Positions 25,867 through 38,207 of a stretch of 64,000 bases of DNA are shown here, in pieces. The notes beneath the pieces were generated by a model. The model was not told the DNA's origin and made no database searches. It saw only the letters and a program-made list of their open reading frames with translations. The first letter of the stretch is position 1; each line of letters starts with the position of its first letter. Made by a program: the position numbers and the translations under genes. Source of the DNA: Geosiphon pyriformis uo1 (taxonomy: Eukaryota > Fungi > Glomeromycota); the NCBI GenBank assembly GCA_016748015.1, contig JAAOMT010000657.1, positions 1-64,000 of the forward strand, given 5' to 3'.

Positions 25867-26502
25867 TTAATATTGAGCTCCATTAAAATTTTCATTTTAA
25901 ATTAGTTCTAATACTTCTTTTTTAAGTATTATTTGTTTGACTCTATTTCTTATGTCTTCTACTTGTATATTGTTCATTTTTCCCCATTGGTTAATGGTTA
26001 TGGTTTTTATGTTAGAGTATAACAGTATTTTTGGATAATTCTGAAATATGTTGTGTAGTCGATAAATTGTTCTAACGTATAGTGTTGAATTTGTTTTCTT
26101 TCTGATAAATTTTTCAATTTGTTGTATTATTGTTTGGTTGAATATTCTCTTGGATTTGTCAACATATAACTCTTAAATATTTAACTTCCGACTTAACTAG
26201 TAGTAACAGTATGATATTAGAAGTTGTTCTGTCCATTGCTTCCAATTTTTTTTTGTAAGCTCTTTTGTTGGTGCCATAATAGGTATTTTCCCAAAAGTGT
26301 TCTTCACTTTTTCTATTAAGTTATTTGACCAGTTTTTATTGTTCTTTGGTGGCCACTGATATGGTGTATTCTTTGTCTTTCTTTTGGTGTTTTGATAGCA
26401 AATTGTTTGATTGTTAATAATAATTTCTATATCTAACTGTTGTTGGCTCAAGGTCTGAAACAATTGTTGAGCTATGATGTGAATATAATCTGGTATTTCT
26501 AT
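25867..26502 (-). pseudogene. ORF3 of C (F-type)
   Basis: ORF 26197-26463 nearly identical to F 51060-51296; ends GAQY* at the PPT. Confidence 0.78.
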
Positions 26503-26569
26503 TTTTCTTTGTTGCTTTTATTGCGTATACCGTGTCTTTTTATATCCTTTTTGTTGTTTAATTTTACAT

Positions 26570-29276
26570 GTTTGGTTTAATGATTATGATTGGTTCCAGA
26601 TTTCATGGAATCTCATCTGGTTGGACTAGTATTTGTTGTGCTCCCAATTGTGAAATATTATTGGTTAATAATAATGCTATATTGTGATATGGTTTCAGTC
26701 AATTTTCATGTGTTGCTTTGGTTAAGATTTTGTTGTTCAATCTTAATTTATAAGCTCCATTTCTTAGAATTTCTTCTATGTAAAATGGTCTGTCCCATTT
26801 GGGATCAAATTTTCCATTTCATTGTTTTTCCACTTTGGTACAATGTAGAAGTACTTTGTCTCCAATTCTGAATTCAACTGGTTTGTCTAATAATTTGTTA
26901 TCATGTCTTTCTTTTTGTTTCTCTTGTGACTTTTGAAAGTTATCAGCTGTTCTTTACCATTTGTTTTCTAAAATTTGAATGGGAATATTACTGCTAGTGA
27001 TTCATCATTGAAGATAGTTGCTGGTGGAATATTGCTAGTAAGTGGCTATTGTTGACTGAGTTCTAATTTGCTGGATGTGGTGTCTTCTGGGGTAACCTGG
27101 AGACTTAAAAAGTGTTGAGAATTCAGGTTTTGGGTGGCACCAGTACCCGAATTCCACTAATGAGATTCTGTTTGCTGGTTTGATAAACTGGGGATTGGTT
27201 GGTACACTACCATTGCCAATCTCCAGTTTTGTTGTATCATTCTCGGCCTTTGGGTTCTGTTTTGAGGTAAGTTTTGTGGTGGCATTTGAATTTGTGGGGT
27301 TTGATATATTACTTGTGACTGCAGTTAATAAATTACTTGTGACTGCTGTTGATAAATTGGAGTTTGATATATGGGTGGTTGATAGATTGGTGGCTGTATC
27401 ATTGGCAGGTAAGTGGATTGATATTGTGCTGAGTTTGATTGATGATTTGGAGTTGAGAACCAGCAATCAGGGTTTCAATATTGATTCCCTAATTGTTGGT
27501 TATTTAAGCATTGGCAACAGTTGATTTATATGTGTTCTTGTTTACCATAATAATAACAGATTCGCATTTCTTGTTGCCACTATTAATTTGTTAATAAGAA
27601 TAGGTGTGGTTGATTTTGGAAATGATGTGAGTTTCCTTAATTACTACATCATTGTGGAGGCTGATAAATTGTCTGATTGCTGTTAGCTAAGTATTCCTTT
27701 ATCTTCTGATTAATTGTTTCATTGAATTTTTCCAATTTGGAATCCAATTCAGATGATCTATTCATTACTAGATTAATAGCTTGGGCATGGTTGGCCTCAG
27801 ACTCAGCTGATTCAAAATCTCTGACATGTGTGACTGTGTCTTGAAGGGTGCCTGGATGTATGTGTTGTAAGATGCTGCTGCATAGGCCACAGATAAACTG
27901 GTTGAGAATCTGTGGCGCTGTAAAATAGTTGGTGTCAATTGCTTGGATTTGGTGCAGATTTCGATGGAAGTGTCCCAAGTAGGTGGTGACAGCTTTAGTG
28001 TCCTCTTGTTTGATAGTAGTGAAAGTGTTGGCTAATCTGTTGATGCTGTTGTTATTGCTAAAGTATCTCAGGAACTCCAGTTTAAAGGCATTGAAATCTT
28101 GGGGTTTGTTAACCAGGCTTTGGTACCATAAGTCAGCTGTATCCTTAAGAAAATAGGGTATAACTTGCATGGCTCTGGTGTCATTCCATTTATTGGCTGT
28201 AATGGCTTTTTCTACATCATTTAGCCATACTTGGGTATTATCCTCTTTGCCAATAAATTTGTTGAGCTTCACAATTGGTGCATATGCCATTGAATTTAAG
28301 TTGAGTTGTTGTGGTGGTGGTTGAAATTGCTGTTGTTGAAGCAGCTGCTGAGATTGCTGAAGTGGTTGAATCAGGTTAATAAGTGGTTCAATAAGTAGCT
28401 GATCGATAATGATTACTGGAAGTAAGTTCTGTTGATTAATCACTTCGGAGTTTGAATTGTTCTGGTCTGTGGTGTTTGGATATTTGGAGTTTCAATTTCC
28501 AGATTTTCTAAATTTAGATTTTGCTGGGTTTGAAGGTTCAGGGTTTCAAATTCTGGGTTTTTAGTAATCAATTGCTGATAAGTGAATTCTTAATCTTCAG
28601 ATTCTTCTCTTTCCTTCTCTTTTGATTTTGTTACTTCTCATGGATCAGAAATTCCGAAATCTGGTAGAGATGGTGGTGATCAGAGTTTTGATGGCATTGA
28701 TGATTATAAGTTAAATCCCTCAAAATATTTGCCATATGGTCTGAGTAAGTCTGTTTTCTTTTGTTTACTTTGAAATGAAAATCTGCCGAATGTTGATGTC
28801 ACATTTGATGCAGACGTGTCTGTTGATAAAATGTTAATGGCACTTTCAGATATATAGTGATATAATGGATTGGTTGGTGATTCGACCCTTGTTTTCTTCC
28901 AAGTAGGTGGTTATATTCTTTGGGGTGTTACTGCTGGTGTTTGTAGTTTTCTTTTATCTTTACTTGAGTAAGTGATTGGGTATCTTTGCTGTGTGTGATG
29001 TTCAATTTCTTTGTTGATCTCAGTGATGATGAATGCAAAATTGTGATTTGTTGGTAGACTGGTGTTTTGAATTAATTCATTGTAAAAAGTTTTTCTTGTT
29101 AATTCAATATTCATTGATGTTTCTAATAAATAGGCAATCCTTTTGTTGACATAGAAATTGAAGGCTAATTCTGCTGATATGTAATTATGGTTTAATTCCA
29201 AGTGTTGACAGTAATGTTGGAATAAGAATTTCACAAATCCTAGATGGTTGGCTCCTATGTTTTCCAATTCTGCTAC
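26570..29276 (-). pseudogene. C gag fused by deletion (~26972) to the integrase C-terminus
   Basis: gag ORFs 28911-29336 and 27649-28443; NIPPAT..AVIFPF runs directly into LENK..QKSQEKQKERHD. Confidence 0.85.
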
Positions 29277-29337
29277 TTTTGAATGGGTTTGCTGGTGCTG
29301 GTTCTCTGTAGGATTATATCTCACAGGAAGCACCAAA

Positions 29338-30146
29338 TATTACAGATGATTATTTGGGGTTTTAAATCAAATAACAAACCCATAACTTGGTGCTCAAAAG
29401 CTATTTGCATTGATGATAATCTGAAGGTTTTAAAAGAGTTCTTTGTATAATGGACAGAGATTCAATATTAATGTTGTTGTTGTTGGTAAGTTGTCTTCCC
29501 AATTTCTTTTTCAGCTTGGTGGCCAGATTTATTCTGACAGTTGTGCCTTTCTGGTAAGTTATCCAATAATATATATAATCTACTCTTATTTCTGGGTCTT
29601 TTATCAGGCTATTCTTGATGTCAATAATTCAGTGTTTAATCCTCAATTAATTAATAAACAACAATAAAATCAAAGAAAAAAAAATAAAAGAAAATAAAAA
29701 AAATAAAAAAATAAGCCAAGGCAATTTGCAAGTTAGTATCCCATCAATAGCTGTGATCAAGAGCTATTGTTCCAGTATGATTAAGTGTTAATTTCTATCA
29801 ACATAAAGTGTTAATAGTAAAGAATAGATTGTAATAACAAATATTTATTTATTAGATGATTGTGAATTAGAAGGTTGCTTAAATTAAATCTAAACTGAAA
29901 GGTCTCTCTTTTTTGTCTCTAATGTTATTATTATATATATATAATTTGAGTTCTATGAAATTGCTCATATTCTCGAGCAATGTGCCATATTTTCTTGATA
30001 TTGCTCCACATCACTAAGCAATGTGCCATGATTTCTGACATTGCTCCACATTGCTGAGCAATGTGCTCACATGGATTATTACTATTCTCCTATTGGTTTA
30101 TCTGTTTTCTTATTACTTCTTGTATGCCTTTCTCTTATAAGTAACA
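29338..30146 (-). repeat. 5' LTR of C (~809 bp)
   Basis: TATTAC (mutated TGTTAC)...GTAACA; adjacent PBS TGGTGCTTCCTGTGAGA. Confidence 0.9.
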
Positions 30147-30150
30147 TTAG

Positions 30151-30335
30151 TAAATCAAATAAAAATTTGATTGTTTGTGTATATGTTTTCTTTGCTGTTA
30201 AGTATAATTTGATGAGTATTGTCTTTTATCCAAAAATTCTATTAAAACAGAATAGTTATCCAAGTTTATTATTGTGTTTGTTAAAAAGAAAGTTACTAAT
30301 AATTAATTTGGTTTGGTTTAAGAAGATTGTACTAA
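30151..30335 (-). mobile_element. Old B-family integrase fragment (right part)
   Basis: Matches G ~54840-55022. Confidence 0.8.
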
Positions 30336-30454
30336 CTTTTTTTTTTCTCTTTGTCTGCTACTACATAATTTACTACATCTCAAAATTGGAAAATTAGTTT
30401 TTTGCAAAAATATCTTTAATTATAGTATACTTTATTATTATAACAGACTTAAAA

Positions 30455-31053
30455 GTGTCTGACAACAATACTAATAGTAAAGTAACAACAGTCATGAACA
30501 GAAGTACAAGCAAAGATACAACCAATTATAAAGACCAAGTGAAAGAAAATTTTATTATCAATATAAAAAAAGATAAAAATAACACAATTGTACCAAATCC
30601 AACAGTGATTGAAAATACAAGACCTACAACATCCTTATTCAAATTTGAACATAGCAGTGAGATTATTAAAAGTGTGAACACAAGCAGTGAAAACAACACA
30701 TCCTTTAGAATTACCAATACATCAAAAAAAACAGTTTTACATCAGAGAGTAGCTGACTTTTCTCCACTAATAGGCAACAGACTAGAAAAAAAACCCAACA
30801 AAAAATACAGATATTTAAGAAAAATAAATATAAAAGGCCTAACAGAGAGATTTAACCAAGTTATTAAAAAAAAATTTGCTGATAAAACTACAGACCAAAC
30901 CAACAATTTTGTCTTATAATCAATATTCAACAAATAAGAAAACAGTAATAAGTTTCAAATAAAAGCTTGGACTGGTAAAAAGGAGGTCTCAAAGTTCCTG
31001 AAAAAATTAGATAGATCATTCAAATTGCCCAAGAAAGATGTTAAAAGAGCTGT
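30455..31053 (+). pseudogene. Degenerate ORF of unknown origin (possibly an older gag-like relic); continues at 41166-41399
   Basis: K/N/T-rich ORF 30455-30919, then FQIKAWTGKKEVSKFLKKLDRSF; E with TSD CTGT splits it. Confidence 0.35.
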
Positions 31054-31931
31054 TGTTACTCATAGAAATATAGGAAATATATTAGCATAATTATTAGCCA
31101 ATCAAAAGTAGACGTAGTAAATAGAGAATTTCAGAATTCTTCTCAGGAATTGCAAGATTCCAGGAATTACAGAATTCTCACACAAGAAATTGCAGGATTC
31201 CAAAATTCCAGAATTCCTCTCAAAGAAATTACAGGATTCCAAGAATTCCAGGATTCCTGTCATGAAGAATTAAGAAATTGAGGAATCTCAATAATGTATA
31301 TATAGCAGTAATATTAGAAGCTGAAAAAGGGACATCTGAGTTTAAATTTAATCTAAGCAACTTTTCACATCACAAATATCAATAAATAACTATTTCCATA
31401 CCTCAATTTATCCTCCACTATTAACTTTATATTAATAGTAACAAATACTTAAACATGCTGGAACAATAGCTTTTGATTATGACTATTGATAAGATACTAG
31501 TCAAAATTGCCTTGGCTTATTTCTTTATTTTATTTCTGTTTTCTTTATTTCTTTTTTTTATTTCTTTTTTTTTGTTGTTGTATACTAATTGATTAAAAGA
31601 TTAAGTGCTGAGTTATTGATGTCAAGGATAGCCTGGTAAAAGACCCAGAAATAAGGGTAGAATTTTATATATTATTGGATAGCTTACCAAAAGGGCACAA
31701 CTGCCAGACTAAATCCAGCCACCACGTTAAAAAAGAAATTGGGAAAACTCTTGGAAGAATACAGCTACTATTGACGCTATTGAATTTTTGTTCATTATAC
31801 AAAGAACTCAACCAAAACCTTCAAATCATGTAAAACCTTTGGAATTACCAATATCCACATCAAAATAGCTTTTGAGTACCAAGTTACAGGTTTGTTATTT
31901 AGTTCAACAGCAGAAATAATTACCTGTAACA
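31054..31931 (+). repeat. 5' LTR of E
   Basis: TGTTAC...GTAACA; direct repeat of 40287-41161. Confidence 0.95.
31125..31292. repeat. U3 array of E/H: degenerate ~9-nt CAGGAATTC/CAGGATTC units upstream of TATATA
   Basis: Read directly; also at 40357-40523 and 57880-58048. Confidence 0.8.
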
Positions 31932-31933
31932 TT

Positions 31934-31950
31934 TGGTGCTCCCTGTGAGA
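31934..31950 (+). promoter_or_regulatory. PBS of E (TGGTGCTCCCTGTGAGA)
   Basis: 2 nt after the LTR; identical in H at 58702. Confidence 0.85.
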
Positions 31951-31990
31951 TATAATTTTACAGAGAACCAGCATCAACAACAAACCAAAA

Positions 31991-34900
31991 GTGGCAGAAT
32001 CAGAAAGAATAAGAGCCAACCATTTAGGATTTGCGAAATTCCTATTCCAACACTATTGTCAATACTTGGGATTGACTAACAACCATCTATTAGCAGAATC
32101 AGCTTTCAATTTTTACGTCAATAAAAGAATTTCTTATTATCTGGAAACCTCAGTAGATACAAAGTCAGCAAGAGAAAACTTTTACAATGAATTAATTCAA
32201 CAGACTAGTCTACCAGTAAACCACAATTTCGCATCAATCATCACTAAGATTAACAGAAAAATTGAAAATCACACTCAACAAAAATATCTGATCACCTATG
32301 CAAAAAGCAAAAGAAAACTACAAATGCCAGCAGTAATACCCAAGGGAATACAAGTATCTAATTGGAAGAAACAGAGGATTAAATCTCCAATATATCCATC
32401 ATATTACCACACACCCAGAAGTATTATCAACATCACATCAACAAATGTGTCCACCAGCATGAAAACACCAATAACTAGAATTCTCTTCCAGAGTAAACAA
32501 GCAAAAGTTGATCTATTAGGAACATATGGTGATTATTTCGAAGGATTTAAATCATGATCACCAACCCCATCAGGATTTCAATCACCATCATATCAGCCAG
32601 ATTTCAGAACTACTAGTTCCTGGAAAGTGACCGAATCAGAAGAAGAAGAAAACGAAGATCAAGAATTTAATTATCAAAACCCAATCCTACAAAATCCAGA
32701 GATTAGAATCCTGAATATTCAAACCCAGCAACATATAGAAAATCTGGAAATTGGAACTCTGAATATTCAAACACCGCCACAACAGAAAAATCCAAATGCT
32801 GATCAAATTAATCAGCCAAACTTACCTTCAGAAATCATCATTGAACAGCCACTGAATCCTCTTCAAGGATTACTTCAACAACCTGTTCCACCATCTCAGC
32901 AACTGATTCAACCAGTCCAACAAATAGCCTACACGCCCATCGCCAAAATTGAGAAGTTCACTGGTGAGGAAGATAACGCCCAAATATGACTTAATGACGT
33001 CAAGAAAGCCATCGCAGCCAACAGATGGAATGATGCATGTGTCCTGCAGGCCATTCCATATTTTCTCCAGAATATGGCCAACTTATGGTACCAAAGCTTG
33101 ATTAACAAGCTCCAGGATTTTACTGCATTCAAACAGGAATTTTTCTAGTACTTTAATAATAATAACAGTATCAATTACCTAGCCAATGCCTTCACCAGCA
33201 TTAGACAAGGAAAAACAGAAGCAGTCACCACTTACTTGGGACACTTCCATTGCAATCTGCACCAAATCCAAGCCATAGACATTAACTACTTCACAATGCC
33301 ACAAATCCTAAACCAGTTTATTCGCGGCTTATGCAGCAGCATCTTGCAACGTGTACATCCATTATATCCAGCCAACCTTTAAGCAGCAGTCACACATGCC
33401 CGAGATTTCAAATTAGCTAAACTTGAAGCCAACCATGCCCAAGCTGTAAATCTAACAATGAACAGATCATCTGAATTGAATTCTAAATTGAAACAATTCA
33501 GTAATTCCATCAATCAAAAATTAGAGGGATACTTAGCTAACAATCGAGCAATTTATCAACTTCCACAATGATGCAACAATCAAGAAAACTCTAATCGTTC
33601 CCAAAATCAGACGTGTCCATCGTTATCAACCAATCAACCTTGGCAGTAGAAAATGCATGCTTGCCACTATTGTGATAGGCAAGGACACATACAAATTGAC
33701 TGCTGTCAATGCTTAAATAACCAATGATCGGGAAATCAATATCGAAACCCCAATTGCTGGTTCCAAACTCCGAATCAGTACTCAAATCAAAACCAACCTG
33801 CTTACCTATCAGTGACGCAGTCATCAGTTTATTAGTCTCTGATATATCAAGCTCCAATTTATCAACCACAGCCACAAGTAATTTATTAACAACTGCAGCC
33901 ACAAATAATCTATCAACCCCAACAAATTCAAATACTGCCCCAAAACTTACCACCCAATGGAACACAAAGACCAAGAATGACTCAACAGAGCTGGAGATTG
34001 GCAATAGTAGTCCATCAACTGATCTCCAGTTCTTTACAGCAACCATCTGGATTATGCCAGCAGAATTCAAATACTGGTCAACCCCAGAACCCAAATTCTC
34101 AGAACTATTTAAGTCTCCTGATCAACCCCAAAGACGCCTCAGCCAATAACCCAGAATTCGCCCAAAAACAACCACTTACCAATAATATCCCATCTGCTAC
34201 CATCACCGAGAACAAGTCCTTGGCTGCTATCTTCCTATTTAAATTCGAGGAAACAACTGCAATACCGTTATTTAGTGGAGCCACTCTTGAAGCCAAACTG
34301 ATTACCGTGATGTACATTGATACCAAAGTTAAGGAACAATCCATCAAATTGATTCTTGACAATGGGTTAGCAAGCAGCATTATCACCAGGCAACTCATAG
34401 ACCAATTAGGTCACCAAGTTGACTGAGCTGCCAGTGCTAGAATTATCACCACTGATGGAGCGACCAAAACTCCAATCAGCGAAATTGATGACTTCCCTTT
34501 CGAAGTCAATGACATTGTGACTCCCTTAAAGTTTTAATGATGGAAGCCACTCAATACCAAGCTCTTATTGGTAATAACTGGCTATTCAAAGTCAACGTGA
34601 CACTAGACTGAAATACCCAAAAACTCCAGCTAGCATTCAATGATTAATATGCATGTGTGCCAACCACGTGTGGCCACTTCAAGGCTCCTTCAAAAGAACA
34701 ACCATTGATTGAGCTAGAAGAAGAAGAAAAGAAGCCTATTTGGGAAGCTTATCAAGTCTTTTGGGCTGATGTCGACCACAACAAACTACCACTCATACTC
34801 TCATGAGATGACAAGAGAAAGAAAAAGAAAGAAAAAGAACTTGCCTGAAAGCCAAACCTAGGAACATGGAGTGATGACAGCCAGAGCAAACCAACCGCTG

Positions 34901-37900
34901 AATGGAATTGGGAAGAAAAAGAAAAAGGAAAGAAATGAGAAAAAAAACTGACACTAGCCAACAAGTTGACTTATGTCTTATACACTTACCAACCACCAGC
35001 TCAATACCATCGACCCAAGCTAGTGTGCATCAATTGTGACAAGAAATTATCATCAATGGGCACATGTTGCAACAAAGATGAGGAATAGTCCACTGCAACC
35101 AAATACTACTGTCACCCATGTATCTTTAAACATGATGGATGACCACCAAAAATAGGAAAATGGGATGGCACCTTGTGTTTAGCTTGTGGAGATACTCTCT
35201 TAGATAAAGGGATGTGGAAAAACATTCCTGGAAGAGGAGGAGCATGCGATAAGACATGCCAATACACAATCCTAATTAACAACTGGGTACAAAAGAGAAT
35301 GCCCATCGACAACATCTGAAAATGAGCATTAAGATGCCTAGAAAGATACCCACATGATGAAGATGAGATTTGGAGAATGGCATATGCGATGTCAGAAGGC
35401 ACTACAACAGAAGAGCTAAGAGAAATTAAAAACAACCCTTTATTTCTGCCAGAACCAGAATATGTCCAAATGTTTGATGTATTTGGCAATGTTGAGGATG
35501 ACCTAGAAGAATTTTACAAACACTACCAATGACTAACACCCACAAGAGAAGAACAAGAAGAGTGTTTAGCACAACTAAACACTCAATTATGTGACCACTG
35601 TTTGATCCCATGTGACTTTCAATATTGTAATAAGTGTGACCTTATTTACAATTTACCACCACACATGATCTACACAATCCCAAAAGAAGAAAAACCAATC
35701 AGTAGATGCATATCAGAATCAAATTTCAATCCCAATTCAAACTCCGACAATGATGACAATGAAAACACTGATTCCAGTTCTGTTCAAAATGGCAATAATG
35801 ATAACAATAATATAAGTTCAAATTTAAACTTTGATTCAAACCCTGAACAATATATCACACTTCCTGACCTCACCAAGAACCAAAAACTTAAATGGTTTAG
35901 TGATAATGATGAAGGTATTATGCCAGAATGTGCACATGATACTGATGCAGGGTTTGATTTGAGATATCCAGGGAAAAATGCCATCAAATTGGAACCATAC
36001 TCATGCACCAGCATTGATTTGAAAGTAGCAATGGAGATTCCAGCTACCACCATAGTTCTACTAACATCTAGGAGTAGTTTAGCAAAGAAGAGAGTCAACA
36101 TCAGAGGAGAAATAATTGATGCAGGATATGTAGGAAATATTATTGCTATGTTACAAAATAACTCAGAAAAGGCTTATACCATCAAGCCAAATAAAAAAAT
36201 AGCACAGGCAATATTTCTACCTTTAGTTAAAGTAGCTAGATTAGTGTCAATGGGAACAAGAGAAGAATTAGGGATGACAGCAAGAGGGATACAGAGATTT
36301 GGATCCACGGGTAGAATAGATGTGCCAGTCAATATGGCAGAAGAAGAAATTGTTGGCAAAAGAGAAATTATCTTCATCAGTCAACCAATTTCTATTCTGC
36401 CATATGGCCAGTACATGGTAGTTATAGAGTGGAAAGTGAAAGATCAAGATCAGATTTTTGAAGTGGAACTGATGCTTTGTGAATCAGAAAAAATTGGACT
36501 TATCAATCTCTATGTGCCAGCCAAAAACCATAGCCACATAAAAATTTCCATTTACAACAACACTGAAGACATTATCAAAGTTTCAGAAGGAACCACAATT
36601 AGACATTTAAGCACAGAAGTAGAAGACTAGCCACCACACTACATTCCAGATTTTCTACAACTTTGTGAGTACATCAATATCACATTACAGGCAATTTACA
36701 GACAAAATAAATGTTACTTGCTTCAACCAGAACAATTTGAACAAATGAACATGAGTAACTTAGACCCACTCCAACAGATGCAACTCAAAATGTTGCTCAA
36801 CAAATTCAATAATATCTTTGCCAGTGAAAATGAATTTGGCAAAACTGATATTATTCAGCATCAAATCAAAACTGAAGATGTGATGCCAATCAAACAGCGA
36901 GCATACAGAGTACTACCCGCCAGCCATGAGATCATTTGTTAAGAAATCAACCAGATGCTTAACAACAGGCTAATTCAGTCATCAATAAGCCCATGGTTAT
37001 CACCAGTGATACTTGTCTGTAAGAAGAATAGAAAAATTTGCTTTTGTGTGGATTATAGAAAACTCAATAGTGTAACTTATGGAAAGAGTTATCCAACTCC
37101 ATGGATTCAGGAACTATTCGACACTTTCGGTAGGAAGAAATGGTTCTTAACATTAGACTTGGACAGTGGTTATTGGCAAGTAGCCATGAACCCAGATGAC
37201 AAAGAAAAGACCGCTTTTACCACCAGAGAAGAGAATTTTGAGTTTGAAGTCATGCCATTTGGCTTAATAAATACACCAGCCACATTTCAATGGCTAATAG
37301 AGATTGTATATCGAGGCTTGCTATGGAAGTCAGTTGTAATATACTTGGATGACACCAACGTGTTCTTAGAAACATTTGATGATCATCTTCACTATGTACA
37401 ACAGGTGTTTGAGAGACTGAAAAAAGCTGAATTAAAGCTAAATGCTAATAAGTGTTTCTTTGGAAAAACAGAACTTCAGTTTTTGGGACACATGATGAGC
37501 AAAAACGGCATCAAGACAGACCTAGAAAAAATTGAGATGGTCAGAAACTTTCTGGAACCAAAGAATCTCACAGAATTAAGAGCATTCTTGGGGTTTGCTA
37601 GATATTACTAATGCTTTATCCAAAACTTCTCCAAAATAGCCCAACCATTGAATCAATTATTAGCAAAAAACATTAAATATGAATGGACTAAAGCACAACA
37701 AGAAGCTTTCGATATATTAAAAAAGCAGCTAATCCAAGCTCCAGTACTGATATACCCTGATCACAACAAGCCATTCATGATCACTACGGATGCATTAGGT
37801 TAGGCATTAGAAGCAGTATTATCATAAAGAGGTCCAGATGGAAGAAAACATTCAGTAGCATATGCAAGCAGAGGTTTGACTCCAGCAGAAAGAAACTATA

Positions 37901-38145
37901 GAATGCCAGCACTAAAACATTTGGCTATCTATTGGGCAGTAACAAAATGGAAAAAATATTTGAGCCAAAAATTTGATATCTACACTAATTACAAAGGATT
38001 GACATCAATCCAGAAACAAGAAATTGAAGATGGACGTCATGCCAGATGAAAAATAGAATTATTACCATTTAATTATACAGTACATTACAAAAAGAGAAAA
38101 GACAATAGAAATGCAGATGGAGTGTTGCAAATGAGGCAGATCTAG
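31991..38145 (+). pseudogene. ORF1 of E: gag-PR-Cys-rich-dUTPase-pseudo-dUTPase-RT-RNase H
   Basis: GTG at 31991; CHYC..H..C; ILDNG; DAGFDLRY/SRSSLA/IIDAGYVG/KIAQA/FGSTG; YLDD; ends NADGVLQMRQI*. Confidence 0.92.
35911..36312 (+). pseudogene. dUTPase domain of E
   Basis: All five trimeric dUTPase motifs within the open ORF 35602-36630. Confidence 0.92.
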
Positions 38146-38207
38146 AAACATCTCAACCCAAAAATATAGCAAAACCAACACAACTCAAACAAAAATATAA
38201 CAAAAAG

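Larger units (their letters stand above)
15362..30146 (-). mobile_element. LTR retrotransposon C, internally deleted (non-autonomous), hosts D
   Basis: Two homologous LTRs, PBS ~29319-29335, PPT 25854-25868, degenerate TSD CTGG/TTAG; the flanks rejoin into B-family integrase. Confidence 0.9.

Noticed and set aside
31125-31292. Heat-shock element array
   Set aside because: Some TTCnnGAA occur, but the GAA/TTC spacing mostly does not fit contiguous nGAAn inverted pentamers; not supportable
33724-34149. Conserved overlapping Ser/Thr-rich ORF (also 27035-27466, 44132-44488) and antisense ORFs over the same region
   Set aside because: Most simply the shifted or antisense reading of CAA/CCA/TAT-rich Gag codons, which is less exposed to C>T stop creation; no conserved start
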